64,000 nucleotides of DNA from Clostridia bacterium (GTDB taxonomy: Bacteria; Bacillota; Clostridia; Oscillospirales; CAG-272). Within the stretch, counting starts at the first letter, position 1. Each line of letters opens with the position of its first letter. The notes under the pieces were generated by a model. The model worked only from the letters and a program-made list of their open reading frames with translations, was not told the origin of the DNA and did not search any database. Below are positions 29,301-36,908 of the stretch, one piece after another. Where the stretch lies: the NCBI GenBank assembly GCA_017501545.1, contig JAFVWS010000044.1, positions 10,240-74,239 on the forward strand. The letters are read 5' to 3'. A program made the translations under genes and the position numbers.

Positions 29301-30635
29301 GGTAAGCTTTCACTTTCTTGTGGAAATGCTGTTATGGGCCCTGTTTCAATCACATGCACAGTAAATGGCAATGACGCTGGAGAAGTAGTTCTCGGTGGTG
29401 AAGCACTTGTTCTTGACCTTAAGTCAGGCGATAAGGTTGTTATCACAGTAACAGCATCAGGCTATGCAACATTAAATGCAGCCTGGGCAGGTGAGTCCAG
29501 CACAGGCAATGCTACACTTAATATGGGTAACACCTCAATTGAGGCTGCTGACGCAACATACGAGTATACAGCAAGCGCTGATGAAACTCTTGTTCTTTCG
29601 GTAGGTACAGCTGTTATGGGCCCTGTTACTGTAACATATTCAGTTAACGGTGGCGATGCAGTTACACTTGAGGCTAACGTTCCTGCAAACGTTGCACTTA
29701 CAGCAGGTGATAAGCTTGTAGTATCAGTAACAGCTACTGGTTATGCTACACTTGCAGTAACAGTTGCAGGTGGTGAGGCTGAAGAAGAGAAGAATGTGCT
29801 TGTTGTAGGTGAAAACACAGTAGTTATTGGTGAAGACCAAATAACCGATGGTGTTGATTATGAATTTACAGCAGGCGTTGAAGGTAACTATACAGTAACA
29901 GGTGACCTTCTTGCTATCTTCTTTGATGAAAACGGAACAAGACTTGGTGCTGGCATGGTTTCTCTTTCTGCTAACCAAAAGGTAACAGTTAAATTTGTTA
30001 ATATGGCAGAAGAGGCTGGCACATTCACAGTAACAGTAGTTGCTCCTTCAGCTGAAGAGGAAGAGCCAGAAGAGCCAGAGGTTGTAGACCCACAAGCTGA
30101 GCTTAAGGGACTTCTTAGCAACTACACATACAAGATTGGCGATTATAGCGTAGGCTTAACACAAAACTGGGAAACAGGCGTTTACTACATTAACGTAACA
30201 GATGCCGACTGGACAATAGACCTTGGCTTTACATATGAGCTAACAGATAATGGAGATGGCACATTTACAATTATAAACCTTGCAAGTTACGATATGGGAT
30301 ATGCTAGCGGTGCTGATCAAGTGGACGCTGTAAAGGCAGCTGTTGAGGGACAAAAGATTTCTGCTAATCTTACAAACAATGCTGTAAGAGGTTCTTATCA
30401 ACTTAATGGCTATCAATTAGGCTTGTCACGTAATACAGAAACAGGTGCATATGAGGCTAACATTTCTGATGACAGCATGACAACAGACCTTTACTTCACA
30501 TATGTAGCAACAGAAAATGAAGATGGTACATTCACAATCGCTCTTACTTACACACAAGTAGATTGGGAAGTTGGTTCAGACAAGGTTGAATCACTCCTTG
30601 CTATGGATTGGGTAGTAACTTTAGCAGCTGAATAA
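26340..30635 (+). CDS. 1431-aa modular surface lipoprotein
   Basis: Lipobox LASC, three His/Cys/DxxxDG repeats at the N-terminus, duplicated beta-rich modules and acidic linkers. Confidence 0.82.
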   Translation: MKRKLALILCVVAAIAMIFTLASCGEEKCEHTYSADWSSDENGHWNAATCGCEGEISNYGIHADEKTLGEDGKLTAGKDGLCDTCSYKLCEEHKYATEWSTNETNHWNAATCGCDVKDNDAKHVDENKDGNCDECKYVICDHSPVDAWSSDETYHWKETDCEDCNVDVALKGEHADENEDGRCDTCGYVTSFDYVLKSVIEGLDSEAWFGVNSSVVLENGEETFTKVFDNYTVVKDAFGNTKYYSYYGENDANLFVVYETDYGTFRNLDAEEIEGVAAYEIVFYKVVATNHEDMIKGLYRLAMNGSVDGDGEQDGYSYGLVNTIDEEAGKYSFKFLFTIYESAYEVSVEFEVDAEANAVKSATITIDLYDLADVTIDEENLTYTVNEDAEAISTKYEATQTFGDPMSSEEAPNPHPASKYIIDDLKFVNEDTNEEIEEGDVVEILAGYENKLNLVLSEDLLDLADFQLFEVTTELTKGGMNYPFSLYGNTAGEFAVEISNGLDTLSFTIKVSYVAPQTMSTFAINVDSGTGTSESEVTMYNGQSLMVNAVVSQGCDPTFTAEVTVGKDAAVLAKNEIGTYTFKPLMAGDYEIELTSSVASDVTATLKVTVIDPPTIEEVLDGEYEGTSANNWIDINAEFGAESTVVITLDGEIRSWDNETMTQVTTDVSGTATYTYVYNEETGALALTKTEGDDLIVEEVYVENYKVVVKLTNDFPCKLEKVVEEPETPAGSATESPIKVTMTNAYTYCYDYAFTFVAGEAGTYTFTVPVGFGVFSQKEYDAYGNPYVDFQMDQGGTFTLDLDAGESVALLFGSKEAKEYELAFTYSASQGGGDVDEPDTPASGSGTQADPFIITESGNYVADYVGGGWTVFTWYQYTATADGNVVFTYTGNGTYWLSYGTNPDALDGVGSTAVGGVYTIPVTAGDVLFLAVQEYNGTACEIPFTIELPGAGAGEDEEPETTGTALTIGNNNIEGTDITYTYTADADGKLSLSCGNAVMGPVSITCTVNGNDAGEVVLGGEALVLDLKSGDKVVITVTASGYATLNAAWAGESSTGNATLNMGNTSIEAADATYEYTASADETLVLSVGTAVMGPVTVTYSVNGGDAVTLEANVPANVALTAGDKLVVSVTATGYATLAVTVAGGEAEEEKNVLVVGENTVVIGEDQITDGVDYEFTAGVEGNYTVTGDLLAIFFDENGTRLGAGMVSLSANQKVTVKFVNMAEEAGTFTVTVVAPSAEEEEPEEPEVVDPQAELKGLLSNYTYKIGDYSVGLTQNWETGVYYINVTDADWTIDLGFTYELTDNGDGTFTIINLASYDMGYASGADQVDAVKAAVEGQKISANLTNNAVRGSYQLNGYQLGLSRNTETGAYEANISDDSMTTDLYFTYVATENEDGTFTIALTYTQVDWEVGSDKVESLLAMDWVVTLAAE

Positions 30636-30689
30636 TCAGTCGTTTAAGGAAATATCCTAAAACAATAAAAAAAGACACACCGAGGCAAT

Positions 30690-31039
30690 GGGTGATGTTC
30701 TTAGCGGAGAATTTGAAAAATACCGCTAAGTGCGAGCATCGCATTTGACTAGTCAAATACTTTATGGGCTAAGCCCAAACCCATATTACAAGCAGAAAGA
30801 GAGAACAAAACGGGGTAATCCGTAATGTCCTCTCTTTTCTGTTAGTGAAGTTTTCGCTACCGCGAAAGTGAAGTTGCTATGCAGTGAAGTTTGTGCTACG
30901 CACAAGTGAAGTTAAGTTTGCCCGCTTTGCCGAAGGCAAAACTTCACTATCCGTAGGATAACTTCACTTACGTAGTAAACTTCACTTGCCCGTAAGGGCA
31001 AACTTAGTTATGCGTGATACTCCGTTAAGAGTATCACGC
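30690..31039 (+). repeat. 'Comb' repeat element copy 3 (core AGTGAAGTT/AACTTCACT)
   Basis: AGTGAAGTT at 30844, 30867, 30883 and 30905; AACTTCACT at 30940, 30960 and 30978. Identical 28-nt hairpin at 31012-31039. The left end is an 18/23 inverted match to the right end. Confidence 0.85.
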
Positions 31040-31109
31040 AAACTCGGTGTGTTTTTATTTTCCTTGAGGAAAAGCTGTCGCTGTGCGACTGATGAGAAAT
31101 CAGAAAGCA

Positions 31110-31185
31110 TGTCACTCTGGAGCCTTGCGATAGAGTCTATATAAAGAGATTCTATCACTGCGCCTTGCTTCGTTCCAGAATGACA
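31110..31185. repeat. REP-like palindromic element (TGTCACTCTGGA...TCCAGAATGACA)
   Basis: 11/12 inverted termini and an inner GATAGAGTCT/AGATTCTATC stem. Confidence 0.6.
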
Positions 31186-31200
31186 ATTAGTGAAATAAAA

Positions 31201-31223
31201 AGGGGAGGCATATTGCCTCCCCT
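31201..31223 (-). terminator. Intrinsic terminator following the displaced kinase 3' end
   Basis: AGGGGAGGCA-tat-TGCCTCCCCT with a TTTTATTT tail on the minus strand. Confidence 0.8.
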
Positions 31224-31228
31224 ATAAA

Positions 31229-31390
31229 TTATTTATCATTTTCATCCCTTTGGGTTTTAAACTCAAACCAGAAGGTAAAGCCCTTGCCAAGCTCGCTGGA
31301 AACTCCAAAGCGTGAGCCGTGAAGGAGAAGAATGTTTTTTACAATGGATAGACCCAGCCCAGTGCCAAGCACAGCACGCTTATGCACCTT
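31229..31390 (-). pseudogene. Orphan 3' fragment of the histidine kinase gene
   Basis: 31257-31390 matches 31950-32083 ungapped at 126/134. Encodes KVHKRAVLG...KGFTFWFEFKTQRDENDK* with its own stop. Confidence 0.85.
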
Positions 31391-31787
31391 TATAGCCTCC
31401 ATCTGTCGAGGGAGGTGTCAACGGAGTTGACGGAGGGAGAGTGCTTTTAATTAATGCGTCAATATATATGCAAACGCCGTTGAAATTTTTATCAATTAAA
31501 TAGTTTGGAATCCTAATAACGGATAAATCCAATTCTTCAAGATCTTTTGTTCTTTCAGCGTCTTTAAGTAATTGCATTTCAGTATAATGTCCACTTCCGT
31601 CAAGCTCAATAACAAGCTTGGCCTTTGCGCAGTAAAAGTCTACAATATAATTGCCTAAAGGTTTTTGTCTTTGAAATCGAATAGGGTAACTTCTTAAAAA
31701 ATCATACCAAAGATGCTTTTCGTGACGTGTCATATTTTTACGGAGCTCTTTGGCAAGCGGAATGTTTGCTTTATTATAAGTCTTCAT
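31380..31787 (-). CDS. DUF559 (Vsr-like) endonuclease
   Basis: AKELRKNMT..E..LW..LR...F.RQ.P.G.YIVDFYC..AKLVIELDGSGH signature. The RBS (GAGGGAG) lies within the upstream repeat. Confidence 0.9.
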   Translation of the reverse strand: MKTYNKANIPLAKELRKNMTRHEKHLWYDFLRSYPIRFQRQKPLGNYIVDFYCAKAKLVIELDGSGHYTEMQLLKDAERTKDLEELDLSVIRIPNYLIDKNFNGVCIYIDALIKSTLPPSTPLTPPSTDGGYKGA

Positions 31788-31920
31788 AATCTCTCCCTCA
31801 GTTTCACAGGTGAAACAGCTCCCTCGTCAGAGGGAGCCTTAATTATTCCTCAATCTTAAACTCAAACCGAACAGCCTCCATCTGTCGAGGGAGGTGTCAA
31901 CGGAGTTGACGGAGGGAGAG
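31395..31920. mobile_element. REP-bounded DUF559 cassette (three 47-48 bp repeats)
   Basis: 31395-31441 and 31874-31920 are identical; 31791-31838 is an inverted, diverged, structure-preserving copy. Mobility is inferred, not shown. Confidence 0.65.
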
Positions 31921-31924
31921 AAAA

Positions 31925-33352
31925 TCAAATCTTTTCAGTTCTCTCAATCTTAAACTCAAACCAGAAGGTAGAGCCCTTGCCAAGCTCACTGGAAACTCCA
32001 AAGCGTGAGCCGTGAAGGAGCAGAATGTTTTTTACAATAGAAAGTCCAAGACCAGTGCCAAGCACAGCACGCTTATGCACCTTGTCAACCTTGTAGTATC
32101 TATCCCAAATAAGAGGCAAATCCTCCTCGCTAATGCCCTCGCCAGTGTCGATGACTGACACCCTTACAACGTCGTCTAAAAGCTCCTCACGCACGGTTAT
32201 AAGCTTGTCATCGCCAGTATAGTTAATGGCATTATTAATTAGGTTGTAAATCACCTGCAAAAGCCTTGTTTCGTCGGCGTTTACAAATATTTCCTCGCCT
32301 GCTTTTTCAAATACAATGTTATATTCCTTATGCTCAAGTAGCTTTTCGTACCTTTTTACCGTGTCAGAAATTGCCCTTGTAAGAGAAATTGTCTTAGGCT
32401 CAATGGTATGTGCGCCGGATTGTAGCTTGGAAACGGTGAGCAGGTCGTTTACAAGGGAGTTTAGCCTTGCAGTTTCATCAATGATAACCTGCATATTTTC
32501 AGGAGTATTTTCCTCGGGGAAGTCACGCATAACCTCACTATATCCAGAAATTAGTGTAAGAGGCGTGCGCAAATCGTGCGAGATATTTGCAATAAGCTCC
32601 TTTTGCGTTGTATCAAGCTTTTTAAGCTCGGAAACGGCTGTGTTTAGTGCAGAGGCAAGCTCCTCAATTTCGCGTGGACCCTTCTCGTCAAATTTAACGT
32701 CGTAGTCGTAAAGGGAAAGTGACTTTGCCTTTTTGCCCATTGAAGAAATTGGGGCAGAGATGTTTCTTGCGATAACAAATGACATAAGCACCGAAATTAA
32801 AATGGCAAAAATTAGCATAAATATAAGCAGAGTGTTAAATGCCATTTTTGTAATTGGCGGTGGGTTAATGTTTGCATTTAAGACAATTAGGTGCGTTGGT
32901 GCACCCTCATCACCACTGCCAGCTAACATAACGTAAATTAGCTCGCTATCAAGCTTGGTTTTATAGGTTAAGTCCTCACTTTCCATAGCAAGGGCGCGCC
33001 ATTCGTTTAAGCGTGCGTCGTTTTCAAAATATCCGTCCGAAACAATAGATGGGTCGCTGATAAATATGTCCTTAGGCACCCCGTCTATATCAAAAACCGC
33101 AATAGCAATATCGTGTCTATACTCGTTTCCTAAGCCCTCAAGAAAGCCTTCAAGGTCATCTCTTTCAACATTGTGAGAAATTTCCTTGGCAAGCCTCTCA
33201 GATGAGGACGTCTTTACAATCTCGTAAACTGAGCGTAAAAGAAGTGATTCAAACGCCCAAATAAACACAATCAAAACAAGGCAAAGAGCAAGCATTGATA
33301 TAAAAATGCGAGTACGAATAGACGGACGGCGATTATCGTTTCTTTTTATCAT
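31925..33352 (-). CDS. HAMP-domain sensor histidine kinase
   Basis: ANISHDLRTPLT, NLINNAINYT, DTGEGI and GTGLGLSIVK; two TM helices. Confidence 0.95.
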   Translation of the reverse strand: MIKRNDNRRPSIRTRIFISMLALCLVLIVFIWAFESLLLRSVYEIVKTSSSERLAKEISHNVERDDLEGFLEGLGNEYRHDIAIAVFDIDGVPKDIFISDPSIVSDGYFENDARLNEWRALAMESEDLTYKTKLDSELIYVMLAGSGDEGAPTHLIVLNANINPPPITKMAFNTLLIFMLIFAILISVLMSFVIARNISAPISSMGKKAKSLSLYDYDVKFDEKGPREIEELASALNTAVSELKKLDTTQKELIANISHDLRTPLTLISGYSEVMRDFPEENTPENMQVIIDETARLNSLVNDLLTVSKLQSGAHTIEPKTISLTRAISDTVKRYEKLLEHKEYNIVFEKAGEEIFVNADETRLLQVIYNLINNAINYTGDDKLITVREELLDDVVRVSVIDTGEGISEEDLPLIWDRYYKVDKVHKRAVLGTGLGLSIVKNILLLHGSRFGVSSELGKGSTFWFEFKIERTEKI

Positions 33353-34038
33353 TTTTCCTCAAAGCGATAGCCCATACCGCGAATGGTAACAATAAAATTA
33401 CTGTATTTACCAAGGCTTTTTCTAAGAATTTTGATGTGGGTGTCAAGGGTACGGTCATCACCAAAGAAGTCGTAGCCCCAAACGTCAGAAAGAAGCTTAT
33501 CACGAGAAAGAGCAATGTTTTTGTTTTTAAGCATATAGAAAAACAGCTCATATTCCTTTGGTGACATATCAATTCTTTCACCATCAATATAAACAATACG
33601 TGCGGTTAAGTCGGCAACTAAGCCACCACCAGCAAGGGAGATAATCTCGTTTTTTTGCTCCTCGGTCTTTTGAGCCCCCCTTGTTCTTTTCATGATAGCC
33701 TCAACGCGAAGCATAAGCTCCTTTGGGGAAAATGGCTTAACAACGTAGTCGTCAATGCCGATTTCAAAGCCGTTTATCTTGTCGTATTCCTCACCGCGCG
33801 CAGATAGCATAATAATAGGAACGTCACTGTTTTCTCTTATCTTACGGCTGGCAGAAAAGCCATCAAGCTCTGGCATCATAATATCCATAATAACAATATC
33901 GAACTTATCCCTTGCAAACTTAGCCACTGCGTCCATGCCGTCAGTTGCCTCAGTAACAGTATGCCCCTCAAATTCAGCATACTTGCGAATGAGCTTTCTT
34001 ATCATTTCCTCATCGTCAACTATTAAAATATTGTACAT
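33349..34038 (-). CDS. OmpR/PhoB family response regulator
   Basis: LIVDDE, DIMMPELDG, DDYVVKPFS and RTLDTHIKILRK. Confidence 0.96.
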   Translation of the reverse strand: MYNILIVDDEEMIRKLIRKYAEFEGHTVTEATDGMDAVAKFARDKFDIVIMDIMMPELDGFSASRKIRENSDVPIIMLSARGEEYDKINGFEIGIDDYVVKPFSPKELMLRVEAIMKRTRGAQKTEEQKNEIISLAGGGLVADLTARIVYIDGERIDMSPKEYELFFYMLKNKNIALSRDKLLSDVWGYDFFGDDRTLDTHIKILRKSLGKYSNFIVTIRGMGYRFEEK

Positions 34039-34097
34039 AATATCACCTCATTTATAATTCTATCATAAACATAGTTTAAATGCAATCTAAAACTGAA

Positions 34098-34129
34098 AAC
34101 GCACCGTCTCCCGAAAGATTAGGTGCGTT
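34098..34129 (-). terminator. Probable terminator after htrA
   Basis: AACGCACC...GGTGCGTT stem with a TTTCAGTTTT tail on the minus strand. Confidence 0.6.
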
Positions 34130-34169
34130 ATCAGTTATTTTGAAGGAGAGTAGATAGAGTCTAAATTAA

Positions 34170-35357
34170 TTATTCCGTGTATTCAAAAACAGTCACGGTA
34201 ACTATTGTGCTAAAGCCACTTCTTGTAATTCTAAGCTGAAACTTTTCGCCTACCTCCATATTTCTTATATAGGAGGAGAGGGAAGCCTCGTCAACGTTTA
34301 CAAAAGCGTTTGAGTCCTCAAGCTTTATAGCACGAATAATATCGCCAGCCTTTAAAACAGAGCCAGGTTCAACATCGGTAACCTCTACGTAGCCACGTTG
34401 GTTTGTCGTAAAGGTAGCACCAATAGTAGGTCTGCCCTTAACGTAGCCGTAGTTAACAAGGTCGTTATATGACTTGTATGCGTCCTTATATGGGATGGCA
34501 AAGCCAAGACCTTCTATATTTTCATCTGCGATTTTTGCATTTACAATACCAATAAGCTCACCATGTGCGTTGAACAAGCCACCACCAGAGTTTCCTGGGT
34601 TAACTGCTGCGTCTGTTTGAAGAAGGTTCATTGTATTGCCCTCAACAGTAATTGCACGGTCAAGCGCGCTTAGGTGTCCAACTGTAATAGTGCCACCAAA
34701 TACGCCAAGTGGGTTTCCGATAGCTATCACGCTTTCACCAACGTTAAGCTGAGTTTTATCGTTTGCCCATGTTGCACATTTGAGCTCTTTTTCGTTTTCC
34801 TCAATTCTTAATACGGCAATATCGCTTCTTTCATCCTTGCCACAAAGGGTGGTCTTATACTTAGTGCCGTTTGTTAAGGTAACGTAGGTAGGAACTGACA
34901 TAAATGAGCTTTCTGACACAACTACGTGTGCGTTTGTTATAATAAGGTAGCCCTTATTACCCTTTTCGTCATCATATTTTCCAACAATAACGCCACTTCC
35001 TGCACTGCCAGCAGCAGTTGAAATTTCAACAACGCTGTCCTTGATATCGGCAATAACCTCAACAAGCGTGCCACCGGTTGAAGGTGTAACAGGTGCGCGC
35101 TCCTCCTCACTTACGTAAGTAGTTGTGTTGGTAATTTGTGGTGCATAGTCATTTTTAATAAGAGTAGCAGTTAAAATAAAAGCACCGCCGATTAAAAATA
35201 AAATGCCTGCCAAAACCATAATTCCAGTGCAGATAAATAAAGCAGGGCTTTTTTTCGGCTTAGCTGGGGCTGGCTCAGGTGTTTTATATAGAACAGTTAT
35301 AGGCTCTTGCCCATTTGGCTGTCCACCAAAATTATCATTGAATACAAAATTTGACAT
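34170..35357 (-). CDS. htrA: HtrA/DegP family serine protease
   Basis: GSGVI, ITNAHVV, SDIAVL and TDAAVNPGNSGGGL; N-terminal TM helix and degenerate C-terminal PDZ. Confidence 0.88.
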   Translation of the reverse strand: MSNFVFNDNFGGQPNGQEPITVLYKTPEPAPAKPKKSPALFICTGIMVLAGILFLIGGAFILTATLIKNDYAPQITNTTTYVSEEERAPVTPSTGGTLVEVIADIKDSVVEISTAAGSAGSGVIVGKYDDEKGNKGYLIITNAHVVVSESSFMSVPTYVTLTNGTKYKTTLCGKDERSDIAVLRIEENEKELKCATWANDKTQLNVGESVIAIGNPLGVFGGTITVGHLSALDRAITVEGNTMNLLQTDAAVNPGNSGGGLFNAHGELIGIVNAKIADENIEGLGFAIPYKDAYKSYNDLVNYGYVKGRPTIGATFTTNQRGYVEVTDVEPGSVLKAGDIIRAIKLEDSNAFVNVDEASLSSYIRNMEVGEKFQLRITRSGFSTIVTVTVFEYTE

Positions 35358-35569
35358 ATTAAACCTCTTTGTGATAAAATTTTAATGAAAAATCAAATAT
35401 GTGTACTGCCTTGTTATTTTATTTTACATTATAATTGTGAAAATTAAATGAATGGGGAAGAAAAAATAATTGAAAAAATAAAAAAATAATCTTGCTTTTA
35501 TTCTTAAAGTATGTTACAATGGCACATAAGAGAGCGAAAAGATAATATTTTATATATAGCTCTTATAAA

Positions 35570-35825
35570 TGCTATGATGAAGCTGGCATTTGTTCAATTT
35601 CCATTTACAGAGAGGGCGCACATAGGCTGGAAGGCGCTTAATGGACGGGCAAGGTGCATTTCCCTTCGGAGCAGATTTTCTGAAAGGATAGTAGGAAAAT
35701 TCGGGCAGTCCCGTTATAGACTAAGGAAGTAATCGCTTCTTAAGGAGCCGTTTTGACGGAATTTGGGTGGTACCGCGGACTTTTGTTCGTCCCTTGCATT
35801 TTGCAAAGGGGCGTTTTTTATTTTC
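35570..35825 (+). promoter_or_regulatory. T-box riboswitch (Phe)
   Basis: AGAGA and GGCTGGAAG in stem I, candidate TTC specifier near 35660-35670, AATTTGGGTGGTACCGCG at 35760-35777, terminator CCCTTGC...GCAAAGGGG-T tract. Lies directly upstream of pheS. Confidence 0.92.
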
Positions 35826-35877
35826 CACCCCTTAAATAATAATTAATGTAGAAAAATCCAAAATAGGAGATTTTAAA

Positions 35878-36891
35878 ATGAAAGAAACCTTACAAAGAAT
35901 TAAAAAGGAAGCATTTGAGGCTTTAATGGCTGAAAACTGCAACATTGAGGAATTAAGAATTAAGTACCTCGGCAAAAAGGGTGAGCTTACCTCTGTGCTT
36001 CGTATGATGGGACAGCTTTCCCCAGAGGAGCGCCCGGTTATGGGTCAGCTTGCAAACGAGGTTAGGGCTGAAATTGAAGCAAAAATTGCTACCCTTGCTG
36101 AGCAAAAGAAGGCGGACGAATTAAAGAAAAGCTTAGTAAGCGAAAAGCTTGACGTTACTGCCTACGGCAAGGAGCAAAAAATAGGCAAGCTACACCCACT
36201 TACACAGGTGCAAAGAAAGATGGAGGACATCTTTATCGGTATGGGCTTCTCAATTGCTGAGGGACCAGAGGTAGAGTATGACTACTATAACTTTCAGGCG
36301 CTTAATATTCCTGAAAATCACCCAGCAAGAGATACACAGGACACATTCTATATAACAGACAATATCTTGCTTCGCTCACAAACATCACCAGTGCAGGCAA
36401 GAGTTATGGAAAAGACACAGCCACCAATCAGAATTATCTCTCCAGGCAGAGTTTATCGTTCTGACGAGGTTGACGGCTCTCACTCACCGCTTTTCCACCA
36501 GCTTGAGGGACTTGTTGTTGATAAGGGCATCACAATGGGTAACCTTCGTGGTATGCTTGAGACATTTGCAAAGACAATGTTCGGTGAAAAGACAAAAATT
36601 CGTTTCCGTCCTCACCATTTCCCATTTACTGAGCCAAGTGCTGAGGTTGACGTTTCCTGCTTCGTTTGTGGTGGCAAGGGCTGTCGTCTATGCAAGGGCG
36701 AGGGCTGGATTGAAATTTTGGGCGCTGGTATGGTGCATCCAAACGTGCTTCGTACCTGTGGCATTGACCCAGAGGTATATAGTGGCTTTGCGTTTGGTAT
36801 GGGTATTGAAAGAATTACAATGTGCCAATACGGCATTGACGATATGCGTCTTCTTTACGAGAACAATATTAAGTTCTTAAAGCAGTTCTAA
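35878..36891 (+). CDS. pheS: Phenylalanine-tRNA ligase alpha subunit
   Basis: [31 protein letters not shown] and [10 protein letters not shown]. Confidence 0.98.
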   Translation: MKETLQRIKKEAFEALMAENCNIEELRIKYLGKKGELTSVLRMMGQLSPEERPVMGQLANEVRAEIEAKIATLAEQKKADELKKSLVSEKLDVTAYGKEQKIGKLHPLTQVQRKMEDIFIGMGFSIAEGPEVEYDYYNFQALNIPENHPARDTQDTFYITDNILLRSQTSPVQARVMEKTQPPIRIISPGRVYRSDEVDGSHSPLFHQLEGLVVDKGITMGNLRGMLETFAKTMFGEKTKIRFRPHHFPFTEPSAEVDVSCFVCGGKGCRLCKGEGWIEILGAGMVHPNVLRTCGIDPEVYSGFAFGMGIERITMCQYGIDDMRLLYENNIKFLKQF

Positions 36892-36908
36892 GGGGGGAAG
36901 TTAGCGGT

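Noticed and set aside
31257-32083. Kinase 3' duplication as a DGR template/variable repeat pair
   Set aside because: All 8 plus-strand mismatches involve an A, but the A is in the gene copy at 5 sites and in the orphan copy at 3, so neither is a clean template. The changes are mostly synonymous and no reverse transcriptase is in the window.
34170-35357. htrA plus two-component pair as a novel system
   Set aside because: HtrA next to an OmpR-type pair is a common envelope-stress arrangement (compare CssRS-HtrA); nothing unusual apart from the kinase 3' end, reported separately.
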